Source: Oligoflexia bacterium (GTDB lineage: Bacteria > Bdellovibrionota > UBA1018 > CAIMNF01). From it: DNA of 64,000 nt. A model generated the notes under the pieces. That model was not told where the DNA came from and did not search any database. It saw nothing but the letters and a program-made list of their open reading frames with translations. A program made the translations under genes and the position numbers. This document shows positions 33,757-42,188 of this stretch, piece by piece. Every line of letters starts with the position of its first letter. Position 1 is the stretch's first letter. The DNA is taken from the NCBI GenBank assembly GCA_903845155.1, contig CAIMWN010000018.1:5594-69593 (forward strand). Direction: 5' to 3'.

Positions 33757-35366
33757 TTACTCCTTCTTAAACGAAAAATCTAAATTAATGGTTTCATTCT
33801 CTTTGACGGAAACTTTTTTAGACTGATTGCCAAATACTTCATGCCACGCTTCAAGGGTGTATTCACCTACGGGGATGTTCTTGATGATGAACTCTCCGGC
33901 ATCATTGGTCACGCTGTAAAAGGGATGATCCATTACTGCGATCGATGCACTCATCCAAGGATGTACGCTACATTTCGTCTGTACAAAAATCTCAGGGTGA
34001 TTGAAAATCTTGGTGACCCGATCATCTTTGCTTGGCATCGCAACATTGAAATTCTCATTCTGACTGGTGATTGATTTCACATTGTGAAATGTCGCATCGC
34101 TGTTGATGAAATCCACCTTTTGCCCCACACGTACGGCAATGACTCGAGGTTCATATTGGCAATTTTTTTGATCCAGAATTGCCGCTACGGCAGGCACGTC
34201 ATGATATTCTTTGCCTTCAAGGCCCTTCGAGATTCGGACAAGGACGTTTTTTAGTTTTCCATTGTTGATCATGATGTCGTTGGCGTAAGTGTCGCTTTTA
34301 TTTTGTTGTGCACAAATGAGTGGAAGTTGAAGTTTCTCACCGTGAAGTGCGGGACCATTAAACAGAGCTAATCCTTTAATGGTGCCAGTGGGGCCATTCG
34401 CTGCAGCCGATGGTTCAGTTGCTGGTGTATTCGTTGCAGTTGCTGCAAGGGGTGCCGAGTTCTCGTGGGTAAAGAAAATCACGCCAATGATCAATGCAAC
34501 TCCCACTAAACCAAACGCTTTAGATCGAGGTGGATTCTTTAAGCGCACCACGAAGAATTCCCGAATGGCTGCTCCCGCTGCACTCATTAACAAAAGAATG
34601 ATCCAATTGTATTGGTTTCCGTAAGTGGACGGAAAATGATTGCTGAGCATGATGAAGATCACGGGAAGCGTGAAGTAGGTATTATGGGTAGAACGATTTT
34701 TTGCGTTTTTCCCCCATTCCTGATTCACGGGCTCGCCTCTTTTAGACGCTTCCACCATTTTCAATTGGCGAGGAATAATGCGTAGAAAAACGTTGGCCGT
34801 CATCCAAGTACCGAGCATGCCGCCGATATGAATATAGGCAGCTCTACCGCTGAGTGTATGGCAGAGAAAATATGCCATCCCGCCAAACCAAAGGAGGGTG
34901 AGGGCGTGCGCAAGAACCGGAGTGGTTTTTGAAAATTTGGATTCCCATAAAAAATCATAAAAGAGCCAAGAACCCACCAGTGAGATGACACTCAGACCAA
35001 CCGCCTGAAAAAACGTAATGTGAGAGAGACGGAAGCGTCGAGAAGAAAAGTGCCACTTCCGGCGTAGAAAATCATGCAGATCAAAAAAATTCCGCTGAGC
35101 CAGGTCCAGTATGACTCCCATTTGAACCAATGGAGTGATTCAGGAACTTTGGTAGGGCCCATGAGAAGTTTCTCTACGTGGTAAAATCCACCACCATGAA
35201 CCATCCACAACTCACCCACATGTCCGTCTTTTTTTGATAGCTCATTGAACTCAATGGTGCGATCCAGCCACATGAAAAAGATGGAAGTTCCAATCCACGT
35301 AATGGCGACGGTAATATGAAGCCAGCGTCCTAGTAAAAGTAGCCAATCAAATAACTCTTGATCCAC
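33757..35366 (-). CDS. puuD: PuuD-like integral-membrane urate oxidase with C-terminal cupredoxin (type-1 copper) domain; apparent +1 frameshift in an A6/T6 run
   Basis: The N-terminal 124-aa ORF (GTG 35366, SD gagggg) reads WLHITVAITWIGTSIFFMWLD...GELWMVHGGGFYH...LHWFKWESYWTWLSG, as recalled for the Urate_ox_N/PuuD family. The membrane domain continues in another frame (ORF 33757-35130) after the run at 35009-35014. One extra base joins ...SVSLTLRFF|QAVGLSVISL... seamlessly. The C-terminus has His-x37-Cys-x2-His-x2-Met (FHNV...CSVHPWM), an amicyanin-like copper site, with no CxxCH. Confidence 0.5.
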
Positions 35367-35433
35367 AAATATCCCCTCATTTTGATGTTTTCAGCATATT
35401 GAATTTGAGCTGAAAGTACAGTACTATTTCTCG

Positions 35434-36753
35434 ATGCCCGGGCAAAATTACCGCTTCTTTCTCGCTAGTATTTTAAATCCAAAAAACGACACCAAGTGCG
35501 ATTATTTTGCGCATGGGATGTTGGTCGTTTGCGATCAGGGTAAACAGAGCTTCATTGAGGCCGTTCTCCCGTTCAATAAGGGCATGAAAAAATACTCAAG
35601 ACTCATGACCACCGCCAATACCACTGATTTTGGGAGTGCGGTGATCATGCCCGGATTCTTTGATATGCACTTTCATTGGGTGCAAGATGATGTTCGCACG
35701 CAACCCAAGGACTCTCTGCTTGAGTGGCTTGAAAAGTATACCTTTCCCGCTGAAATGAAATTTGCAGATCCAAAATATGCTGCAAGTGAGGCCAAGATTT
35801 TTTTCAAACGCTTGAGTCGAGTTGGCACATTGGGTGGCGCTTGTTATAGTTCTATTCACGGTCCGGCGCTGGAGTGCGCGATGAGTGAAGTGAAGGGGGA
35901 TTTCGTCATTGGGAATGTGCTGATGGATCAGTTTTCTCCGCCTGAGCTTACTCAGACGGAGGCTGAGGCAATTGCGCTCACCAAGAAGATGATTCGAAAG
36001 TTTGGGAGGAGATTTGCGTTTACCCCTCGCTTTGCAATCAGCACCTCGCCAGCGCTGATGAAAAAAGGAAGTAAGCTTGCCGACCAAGCTCATTGTTTTA
36101 AACAAAGTCACTTGTCAGAAAATCCGGCAGAAATTGAATTTGTTTTGAAACTCTATAAAAAGTTACCGGGTTACAAAAAGTGTTCCTCTTATACAGATAT
36201 ATACAAAAAGACAGGAATGCTCGGCAAGCGTTCACTGATGGGGCATGGTATTCATCTTTCCAGTGCAGAATTAAAAATGCTCCATGAAACAAAAACCACG
36301 CTCATTCATTGTCCAACCTCGAACGCGCCGATTCGAGAAAAGGGTCTTGGTTCTGGGCTTTTTGATTTCAAACGGGTTGAAAGAGCGAAAGTGCGTTGGG
36401 CACTTGGTTCCGATATTGGTGGCGGCCCCTTTTTATCGATGTTTGATGTGATGAGAAGTTTTGTGATTCAAAATAAGCGAGCCAAGGTGAAAGGTGCCAC
36501 TTTTGTAAAGGCGTTGTACCGTTCCACGCTCTCGGGTGCCGAGGTTTTTGGAATTGCTGCAAAGACTGGAAATTTAAATCGGAAGAAGGAAGTAAATTTT
36601 ATCGTCGTGCCGTTGAATGCTTCAAAGCCCCCCCATTCCGCGGAGGATGCATTGAAGCGCATTATCAATGCCCCAAAGGCGAAGCGAGAGTTGTTTGATC
36701 AGCTGCCGAGCGTAGTTTACTACCGCGGCAAACCTATCGTGAATCAAGCGTAG
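35434..36753 (+). CDS. guaD: Guanine deaminase
   Basis: Collinear with E. coli GuaD: PGFFDMHFHWVQ, SLLEWLEKYTFPAE, FTPRFAISTS, HLSENPAEIEFV, HCPTSN, LGSDIGGG. Confidence 0.85.
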   Translation: MPGQNYRFFLASILNPKNDTKCDYFAHGMLVVCDQGKQSFIEAVLPFNKGMKKYSRLMTTANTTDFGSAVIMPGFFDMHFHWVQDDVRTQPKDSLLEWLEKYTFPAEMKFADPKYAASEAKIFFKRLSRVGTLGGACYSSIHGPALECAMSEVKGDFVIGNVLMDQFSPPELTQTEAEAIALTKKMIRKFGRRFAFTPRFAISTSPALMKKGSKLADQAHCFKQSHLSENPAEIEFVLKLYKKLPGYKKCSSYTDIYKKTGMLGKRSLMGHGIHLSSAELKMLHETKTTLIHCPTSNAPIREKGLGSGLFDFKRVERAKVRWALGSDIGGGPFLSMFDVMRSFVIQNKRAKVKGATFVKALYRSTLSGAEVFGIAAKTGNLNRKKEVNFIVVPLNASKPPHSAEDALKRIINAPKAKRELFDQLPSVVYYRGKPIVNQA

Positions 36754-36838
36754 CTAAATCAAGCTTGATTACACTGCCTATTCTTGCACTGCTACTCACA
36801 CTTCGGTTCGTGTCTCAGAGTGAACCCTGCCTATTGTT

Positions 36839-37876
36839 TTAGAATTTAATATTCCGAACGTAGTGACAACTATATCCTTTTTTGCCCTTTTTCTCTAAAT
36901 CAGCAAGATAGTTTTGATGATGCTCTTCTGCTCTCCAAAATTTGGTAAAAGGCACAATTTCAGTGACGACAGGCGCTTTCCATACTTTGGCGGTTTCAAC
37001 ACGCGCTTTCATTTTTATAGCAGCATTCTTTTGGGCTTCGCTCTCATAAAAAATGGCGGAGCGATACTGACTGCCAATATCGTTCTCTTGTCGATCTTTG
37101 GTGGTTGGATCATGCATTTTAAAAAAGAGGACTAGTAAGTTTTCGTAAGTCGTCACCTTAGGATCAAAAAGAATTTGAACTGATTCTGCATGTCCGGTCG
37201 TCCCGCTGGATACGTCTTCGTAACTCGGGTCAGATTTAGTGCCACCGGTGTATCCGGTTTGAGTTTCAATGACTCCGGGTTGGGTTTGAAGTAAATGTTC
37301 CATTCCCCAAAAACAGCCTCCTGCGAGGGTTGCAATTTCCCAGTGCTTCTTTTTGGCAAACATAAAAAGGAATCTCCCATTTCCAGTTTCTTTGAGTTTA
37401 TCGAGAGGTATGAATTTCATCGCTCCTGAATTGATGCAGAACCGTTGCCCACCTTTGTCTTTTGGTCCGTCATCAAACACGTGTCCCAAATGAGAGTCAG
37501 AACTGCTCGAGAGTACTTCGTTTCGATCGTCGAGAAGCGAGGTGTCTTTTTTAATGTTCACTTTTTTGTCGGTAATCGGTCTGGTAAAGCTTGGCCAACC
37601 GGTGCCCGAATCATACTTATCGATCGAACTAAAGAGGGGTTCGCTCGTTACGAGATCGACGTAAATGCCATCCTCGTGGTTGTTCCAGTAGGCATTATGA
37701 AAGGGTTGTTCCGTACCTGCCTCTTGCGTGATGCTGTATTGTTCAGGAGTGAGTTTCTTTTTCAGTTCGCTTTTCGATGGAAGGCCGCTTCCAGAGAAAG
37801 CAAAGAGGGGGAGGATGACTGCTGCTGCAACTAGTATTGTTTTAATTAATCTTTTTTTCATATTTACGCTCCACAA
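36839..37876 (-). CDS. msrAB: Secreted bifunctional methionine sulfoxide reductase MsrB-MsrA
   Basis: Signal peptide. MsrB block (GTGWPSF...RFCINSGAM) followed by MsrA block (GGCFWGMEH). Confidence 0.9.
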   Translation of the reverse strand: MWSVNMKKRLIKTILVAAAVILPLFAFSGSGLPSKSELKKKLTPEQYSITQEAGTEQPFHNAYWNNHEDGIYVDLVTSEPLFSSIDKYDSGTGWPSFTRPITDKKVNIKKDTSLLDDRNEVLSSSSDSHLGHVFDDGPKDKGGQRFCINSGAMKFIPLDKLKETGNGRFLFMFAKKKHWEIATLAGGCFWGMEHLLQTQPGVIETQTGYTGGTKSDPSYEDVSSGTTGHAESVQILFDPKVTTYENLLVLFFKMHDPTTKDRQENDIGSQYRSAIFYESEAQKNAAIKMKARVETAKVWKAPVVTEIVPFTKFWRAEEHHQNYLADLEKKGKKGYSCHYVRNIKF

Positions 37877-37958
37877 TGTACTACGATTGCGTTCGAAAAG
37901 GGTTACAGAAAAAATAATTTATATTAAGTTAAAAAAACTTGAGTCGTGAAAATGACAC

Positions 37959-38360
37959 TTAGGGCACTTTGCTGAGGTTCTTATAAACTGTTTCGAGTTT
38001 TTCCCTTAACGTCTCGCGGGTAAAGGGCTTTGTGATGACTGCATTGGCCTCTTCGATTACGGATTCTGCAACATCATTGAGTTCCGCTTCGGTCACCATG
38101 AGTACCAGAGGTATAGATTTAAAGCGGCTGTCAGTTCTCATTCTTCTTAAGAGATCGATCCCATCGGCAATAGGCATGGTTAAATCGGTAATAATAAGGT
38201 CGTGCGGAGGATTGGCTTCTTGCAAAGCCTGCCAAGCGACGGTTCCATCAGACGCTTCAGTGATATCGGTAAAACCGATCTCATTGCAGGCCTTAATGAT
38301 GATTTTTCTCATCATGAGCATGTCTTCAACTACGAGTAGTTTTGTTTTTGAACCAAACAC
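37959..38360 (-). CDS. Single-domain CheY-like response regulator
   Basis: Receiver domain (LLVVED...DLIITDLTMP...KPF). A perfect SD gaaggagg lies inside the ORF-track N-terminus, 6 nt before GTG at 38360. The true start is therefore probably 38360 (MFGSKTKLLVVED...), not 38384. Confidence 0.8.
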   Translation of the reverse strand: MFGSKTKLLVVEDMLMMRKIIIKACNEIGFTDITEASDGTVAWQALQEANPPHDLIITDLTMPIADGIDLLRRMRTDSRFKSIPLVLMVTEAELNDVAESVIEEANAVITKPFTRETLREKLETVYKNLSKVP

Positions 38361-38420
38361 GGCCGTCCTCCTTCGTGACTTCATGATAACGTATTTTTCT
38401 AAAAATGCGATAGTTTAAGC

Positions 38421-38466
38421 GATCCAAAATTTTGGATCAGTTTTGGATCAACTTGATCCAAAACTG
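38421..38466. promoter_or_regulatory. Array of four GATC-containing half-sites forming two abutting perfect palindromes (operator-like)
   Basis: gatccaaaa|ttttggatc (38421-38438, 18-nt perfect palindrome), then cagttttggatcaa-c-ttgatccaaaactg (38438-38466, 29-nt perfect palindrome). It lies 60-110 nt upstream of the response-regulator start and overlaps a possible -35 (TTGGAT). Confidence 0.5.
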
Positions 38467-38565
38467 CTTGTGCTCACTTCACTCTTCCGTTAGCTTGCGC
38501 TTCAAGAGCAATGATTTCAAAGCAAGCTTTGGAAACTAATTATTGAAAATTAATAAGGGGTAACC

Positions 38566-39117
38566 GTGAAGAAAATTAAGTTAATGGTCATAGTTTGTCT
38601 ATTCATCACCATCAATGGATACGCGCAGTCGCAGCCCAAGATTCCGTCTTGCGACTCAACAAGATTAAACACGGTTTTCCCATGTTCTGTTGTTGCTGAT
38701 GAATCAGACCAGATTTTGCGCACTATGATGCTGAACAATTTAAAAGCCTTAAAGCGTGTGGCGAACGGGCCGACCGTAAACCCTGGATTTAATCAATACC
38801 GAGTTTCGTTGCTGGCAGAAAAGCAAAGGCCCGGTCATGGGCCCGGTACTTACCGGAATCGCTCAGTTTATAAAATTCAGATTCTGATTCAAAGTCGAGA
38901 TCATGGGCCAGCACCCGGAACCGAACCGTCCTTATTGACCGTGTTCGTGAATGAGCTTTCTTCTACACAGGGCGCTCAAACAAAATACGAATCGCAGTTA
39001 AAAAAATTGACCAATCACGAGGTGGGTAACGTTGGCAATCCAAGGTTAGAAGAAATTCCAGTAATTGAAACTTTCGATCCAACCGAGAGAATGATTGCTG
39101 AGGGTTTCGAATACTGA
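38566..39117 (+). CDS. Secreted hypothetical protein
   Basis: Signal peptide MKKIKLMVIVCLFITINGYAQ. Pro/Gly-rich middle. No known domain. Confidence 0.45.
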   Translation: MKKIKLMVIVCLFITINGYAQSQPKIPSCDSTRLNTVFPCSVVADESDQILRTMMLNNLKALKRVANGPTVNPGFNQYRVSLLAEKQRPGHGPGTYRNRSVYKIQILIQSRDHGPAPGTEPSLLTVFVNELSSTQGAQTKYESQLKKLTNHEVGNVGNPRLEEIPVIETFDPTERMIAEGFEY

Positions 39118-39171
39118 CTCTGGGAGTAATGAAAATTTAGAAATTAACTTACGAATAAAATAGGAAATCTT

Positions 39172-39570
39172 ATGAGAAATCTAACTATGAGCATGATCGT
39201 TTTTTATTGCGTATTTCAATCGCCTGCGATGGCCGAGTCGAAATCGGTGAAATTAGACTACGAACAATCTTGGGTAACAAATGCGTTAGTGCAAGCTACA
39301 CTCAAAACAAAAGCTGCAAAAATCTTTAGCCAGTATTCTGGTTTCGATGAAATTACTGCAAAGTTTGAAGAGCAGGGGCGATACACGACTCTTACCATTG
39401 AAGCCAAAGGAATGTACCTCTATCAAGGTGATATCGCCTGTGGTGAACTAAGGTTGAACGTTGTGGAGAGAGTGAAAAGTAGTCCGGGGCTATCTTCAAC
39501 TGAGTATACAGCTACTTTGGATCGCAGTGGGTTATTCCCATCACGTCATTGCCAAATTAATGAAAACTAG
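39172..39570 (+). CDS. Secreted hypothetical protein
   Basis: Signal peptide MRNLTMSMIVFYCVFQSPAMA. No known domain. Confidence 0.4.
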   Translation: MRNLTMSMIVFYCVFQSPAMAESKSVKLDYEQSWVTNALVQATLKTKAAKIFSQYSGFDEITAKFEEQGRYTTLTIEAKGMYLYQGDIACGELRLNVVERVKSSPGLSSTEYTATLDRSGLFPSRHCQINEN

Positions 39571-39685
39571 TGTTTGGCATTCCTTAACGGGAACGCTTAA
39601 GAAAAAGTCAACGGACGGTAAGTTTACATAAATTTCTCGAAATGGTGCTAGAGCGGCACTTGGCACTGTTAATAATTTAAATCAT

Positions 39686-39723
39686 TTGACACATGACCAT
39701 ACTGTAACTATAATCGTTACAGT
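39686..39723 (+). promoter_or_regulatory. Consensus sigma70 promoter (TTGACA-17-TATAAT) with an 8-bp inverted repeat bracketing the -10 box (candidate Rrf2 operator)
   Basis: TTGACA 39686-39691, 17-nt spacer, TATAAT 39709-39714. actgtaac (39701-39708) / gttacagt (39716-39723). SD aaggag at 39737-39742 and gst ATG at 39748. Confidence 0.5.
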
Positions 39724-39747
39724 TATAAATTTAACAAAGGAGATTTT

Positions 39748-40374
39748 ATGAAACTATATTATTCTGCAGGTTCATGTTCAACTTCATGCCATATTACTTT
39801 AGAAGAGTCAGGACTGAAATACGAAGCGGTTGAAGTTGATTTTGATAATGCTACTGATCCAAATGTTGCGCTGGTTGGTAAGTTGAATCCACTGGGAACG
39901 CTCCCTATTTTCATCACTGATGATGGCAAACAATTGGATCAAAACATTGCGATTCAAACCTACATTGCTGATAAGGCGGTAGGGAAGAATCTTCTGCCTT
40001 CTGTGGGCACCATTGAACGTGCTCAAGCAATGAATTGGTTGTCTTTTGTGTGTTCAGATTTACACAAAGGAATTGGGGCTTTATTTGGTGTTTCCTACAT
40101 ATCAGAAGATAAAGCAGTGCAACAGCAAGTGAGATCTTTTTTAGTCGGCAGAGCCACTGAGTGCATTGCTTACTTAGATGCAAAGCTTGCGGGCAAAGAA
40201 TACCTGATGGGAAGTACATTTATTCCCGCAGATGCTTACGCATTTGTAGTTTTAGGCTGGACTAAATATCTTGATATTCCACTTGCGCCCTATAAAAATA
40301 TTGAAGCGTATATGGCTCGAGTTGCTTCACGTCCGGCAGTGGCAGCGGTTCTGAAGGCTGAAGGTCTGGTATAA
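39748..40374 (+). CDS. Glutathione S-transferase
   Basis: MKLYYSAGSCS...LPIF thioredoxin-like N-domain plus helical C-domain. About 208 aa, like bacterial Gst. Confidence 0.85.
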   Translation: MKLYYSAGSCSTSCHITLEESGLKYEAVEVDFDNATDPNVALVGKLNPLGTLPIFITDDGKQLDQNIAIQTYIADKAVGKNLLPSVGTIERAQAMNWLSFVCSDLHKGIGALFGVSYISEDKAVQQQVRSFLVGRATECIAYLDAKLAGKEYLMGSTFIPADAYAFVVLGWTKYLDIPLAPYKNIEAYMARVASRPAVAAVLKAEGLV

Positions 40375-40390
40375 TCAGAAAGCATTAATT

Positions 40391-40810
40391 ATGGCGGAAA
40401 GTACGCGGTTCTCTGTAGCGGTTCATGTTCTTTCCGTATTAGGTTATCTTGAGCAATCTGGCGTAAAATTAGTTTCATCTAGCCAGATTGCTCAAAGTGT
40501 AAACACCAATGCAGTGGTGATTCGAAATTTAATGAGCGCCCTTAAAAAGGCCAAGCTGGTTCGATCTAAAGAGGGAAAGAATGGTGGCTTGTATTTAGCA
40601 AGAAAGCCTTCTCAGATTTCACTTCAAGAAATTTATTCCGCAGTAGAGACTGAAGGTGTTTTAAGTTCCCACCAAAAACCACACTTTGCCCCCTGTCCCG
40701 TGAGTCGTGGAATGAAAAAGGTTTTTCTCAATGTTTCCAAGGAAGTAGATGGCGCCGTAGCCAAAGTGCTTCATAAAAAAACACTAAAGGACATCGTCGA
40801 TCAATTCTAA
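40391..40810 (+). CDS. Rrf2-family transcriptional regulator
   Basis: N-terminal winged helix (FSVAVHVLSVLGYLE...SSQIAQSVNTNAVVIRNLMSALKKAKLV...GGLYLA). 16 nt downstream of gst, so a likely gst-rrf2 operon. Confidence 0.85.
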   Translation: MAESTRFSVAVHVLSVLGYLEQSGVKLVSSSQIAQSVNTNAVVIRNLMSALKKAKLVRSKEGKNGGLYLARKPSQISLQEIYSAVETEGVLSSHQKPHFAPCPVSRGMKKVFLNVSKEVDGAVAKVLHKKTLKDIVDQF

Positions 40811-40872
40811 TTGGGATTGATTTGTCCGTAGCGATAGGTACGCGAATAAACGAAGTTGATTGATGGATCACT

Positions 40873-41718
40873 ATGATCCAAATTCCTAGTATTCCTACGA
40901 AAAACGAGCTAAACTGCGCTCCAATGAACGCCATGAATCAAATTCAACGGGTTTTGCAGAAAACCTTACTTGAGCTCCGGAGAAAGAATCCGCAATACTC
41001 AGGTCGTGCGCTTGCAAAAAAAATTGGGGTGAGTCCGGGGGCTCTCAGTGAAATCCTCAATGGAACCCGAGTAGTTTCAAGAAAAATGGCGGTGAAGATT
41101 TGTGATCGCCTTCTCCTGGACCCCATGGATAAAGCGATAGTCCTCAAATCATTTTCTGAAAAAAGAGTCACGTCGACCGAAAGTGAGGATGCTACCCACT
41201 ATTTAAAGCTCTCATCTGATCAATTTAAACTCATGAGCGAGTGGTATTATTTTGGAATTTTGGCATTCATGAAAACCGCTCATTTTAAATCAGACGTAGA
41301 TGTGGTGGCCGAGCGTCTAGGGCTTACTCGCGCGCAGGTAAATCAGGCACTCGAAAGAATGATTCGGTTAAATGTGATTCAAGTCGAAAAAGATGGAACG
41401 TGGGTGAGAGGGGAGGCCGGCCATCGCACGAGTGACGACATTGTGGATCTATCGGTGGTGAAAAGCCACTTAGAGACGCTGGAGCTGGCCAAAACGGCGC
41501 TTCAAGAACTTAAGATTGACGAGCGCGATTTCACAGCACTCACCCTGCCGCTCGACTATGAAGATCTTCCCGAAGCTAAAAAAATGATTCGAAAATTTCA
41601 AAATGAGTTCGCGGAGAAGTTTTTAAAAGGAAAAAAACCAAAAGAAGTTTTTAGAATAGCAGTTCAAGTCTTCCCGCTCAGTAAACGAGGGATGAAGGAT
41701 ATTTCAAAAAAAGGATAA
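40873..41718 (+). CDS. Member of a paralogous family (TIGR02147-like), copy 2
   Basis: Paralogue of 5279-6184 (KNPQYSGRALAKKIGVSPGALSEILNG; SEWYYFGILAFM; ERDFTALTLPLD). Confidence 0.6.
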   Translation: MIQIPSIPTKNELNCAPMNAMNQIQRVLQKTLLELRRKNPQYSGRALAKKIGVSPGALSEILNGTRVVSRKMAVKICDRLLLDPMDKAIVLKSFSEKRVTSTESEDATHYLKLSSDQFKLMSEWYYFGILAFMKTAHFKSDVDVVAERLGLTRAQVNQALERMIRLNVIQVEKDGTWVRGEAGHRTSDDIVDLSVVKSHLETLELAKTALQELKIDERDFTALTLPLDYEDLPEAKKMIRKFQNEFAEKFLKGKKPKEVFRIAVQVFPLSKRGMKDISKKG

Positions 41719-41721
41719 AAT

Positions 41722-42144
41722 ATGAAAAGAATAATGAAGTTGAGCTTATTGTTATTGTGTCTGACTGGTTCAAGCCCCTACGTTCATGCTCAAGAGCATA
41801 CGGGGAACGGGCAGCAGCAACAGGCGCAAAGGCCAAAAGTGAAAAAAATAAAAATCGTCAGAGGTAAACTAGCTGAAGAACTTTATCATTCACTATCGGC
41901 GATGAATAAGATTTCTGACTTGAGTAATATTTGCAGTGATCCAGTGCAAATGGTGAGTGGCACCGTGAGTGAACCGGTTGAAGGTGAGGCTCGCTGTTTC
42001 TTTCGCGGTAAAGATATTGATTGGGGAAGTGATTATAAATGCTACATTGAGACGCACGAAGAGGGTTCAAAGTGGAGTAGGTTCATCTATGCTTTATTTC
42101 ACAGAGACGACACCTGCGGTGGAGATGGCATTTTCCTAAAATAG
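41722..42144 (+). CDS. Small secreted Cys-containing hypothetical protein
   Basis: Signal peptide MKRIMKLSLLLLCLTGSSPYVHA. Gln-rich linker. Six Cys. Confidence 0.4.
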   Translation: MKRIMKLSLLLLCLTGSSPYVHAQEHTGNGQQQQAQRPKVKKIKIVRGKLAEELYHSLSAMNKISDLSNICSDPVQMVSGTVSEPVEGEARCFFRGKDIDWGSDYKCYIETHEEGSKWSRFIYALFHRDDTCGGDGIFLK

Positions 42145-42188
42145 CGTCGATTTTTAAACTAAAATTCATGCGTACGGGCTAGCTTTGC

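Noticed and set aside
36757-36770. Perfect 14-nt palindrome aatcaagcttgatt after guaD
   Set aside because: No loop and no U-tract, so not a terminator. It is a short palindrome containing a HindIII site and probably coincidental.
39650-39680. TGGCAC motif resembling a sigma-54 -24 element near rpoN-containing window
   Set aside because: No GC/TTGC element at the required +12 spacing (cggcacttggcactgttaataat), so it is not a -24/-12 promoter.
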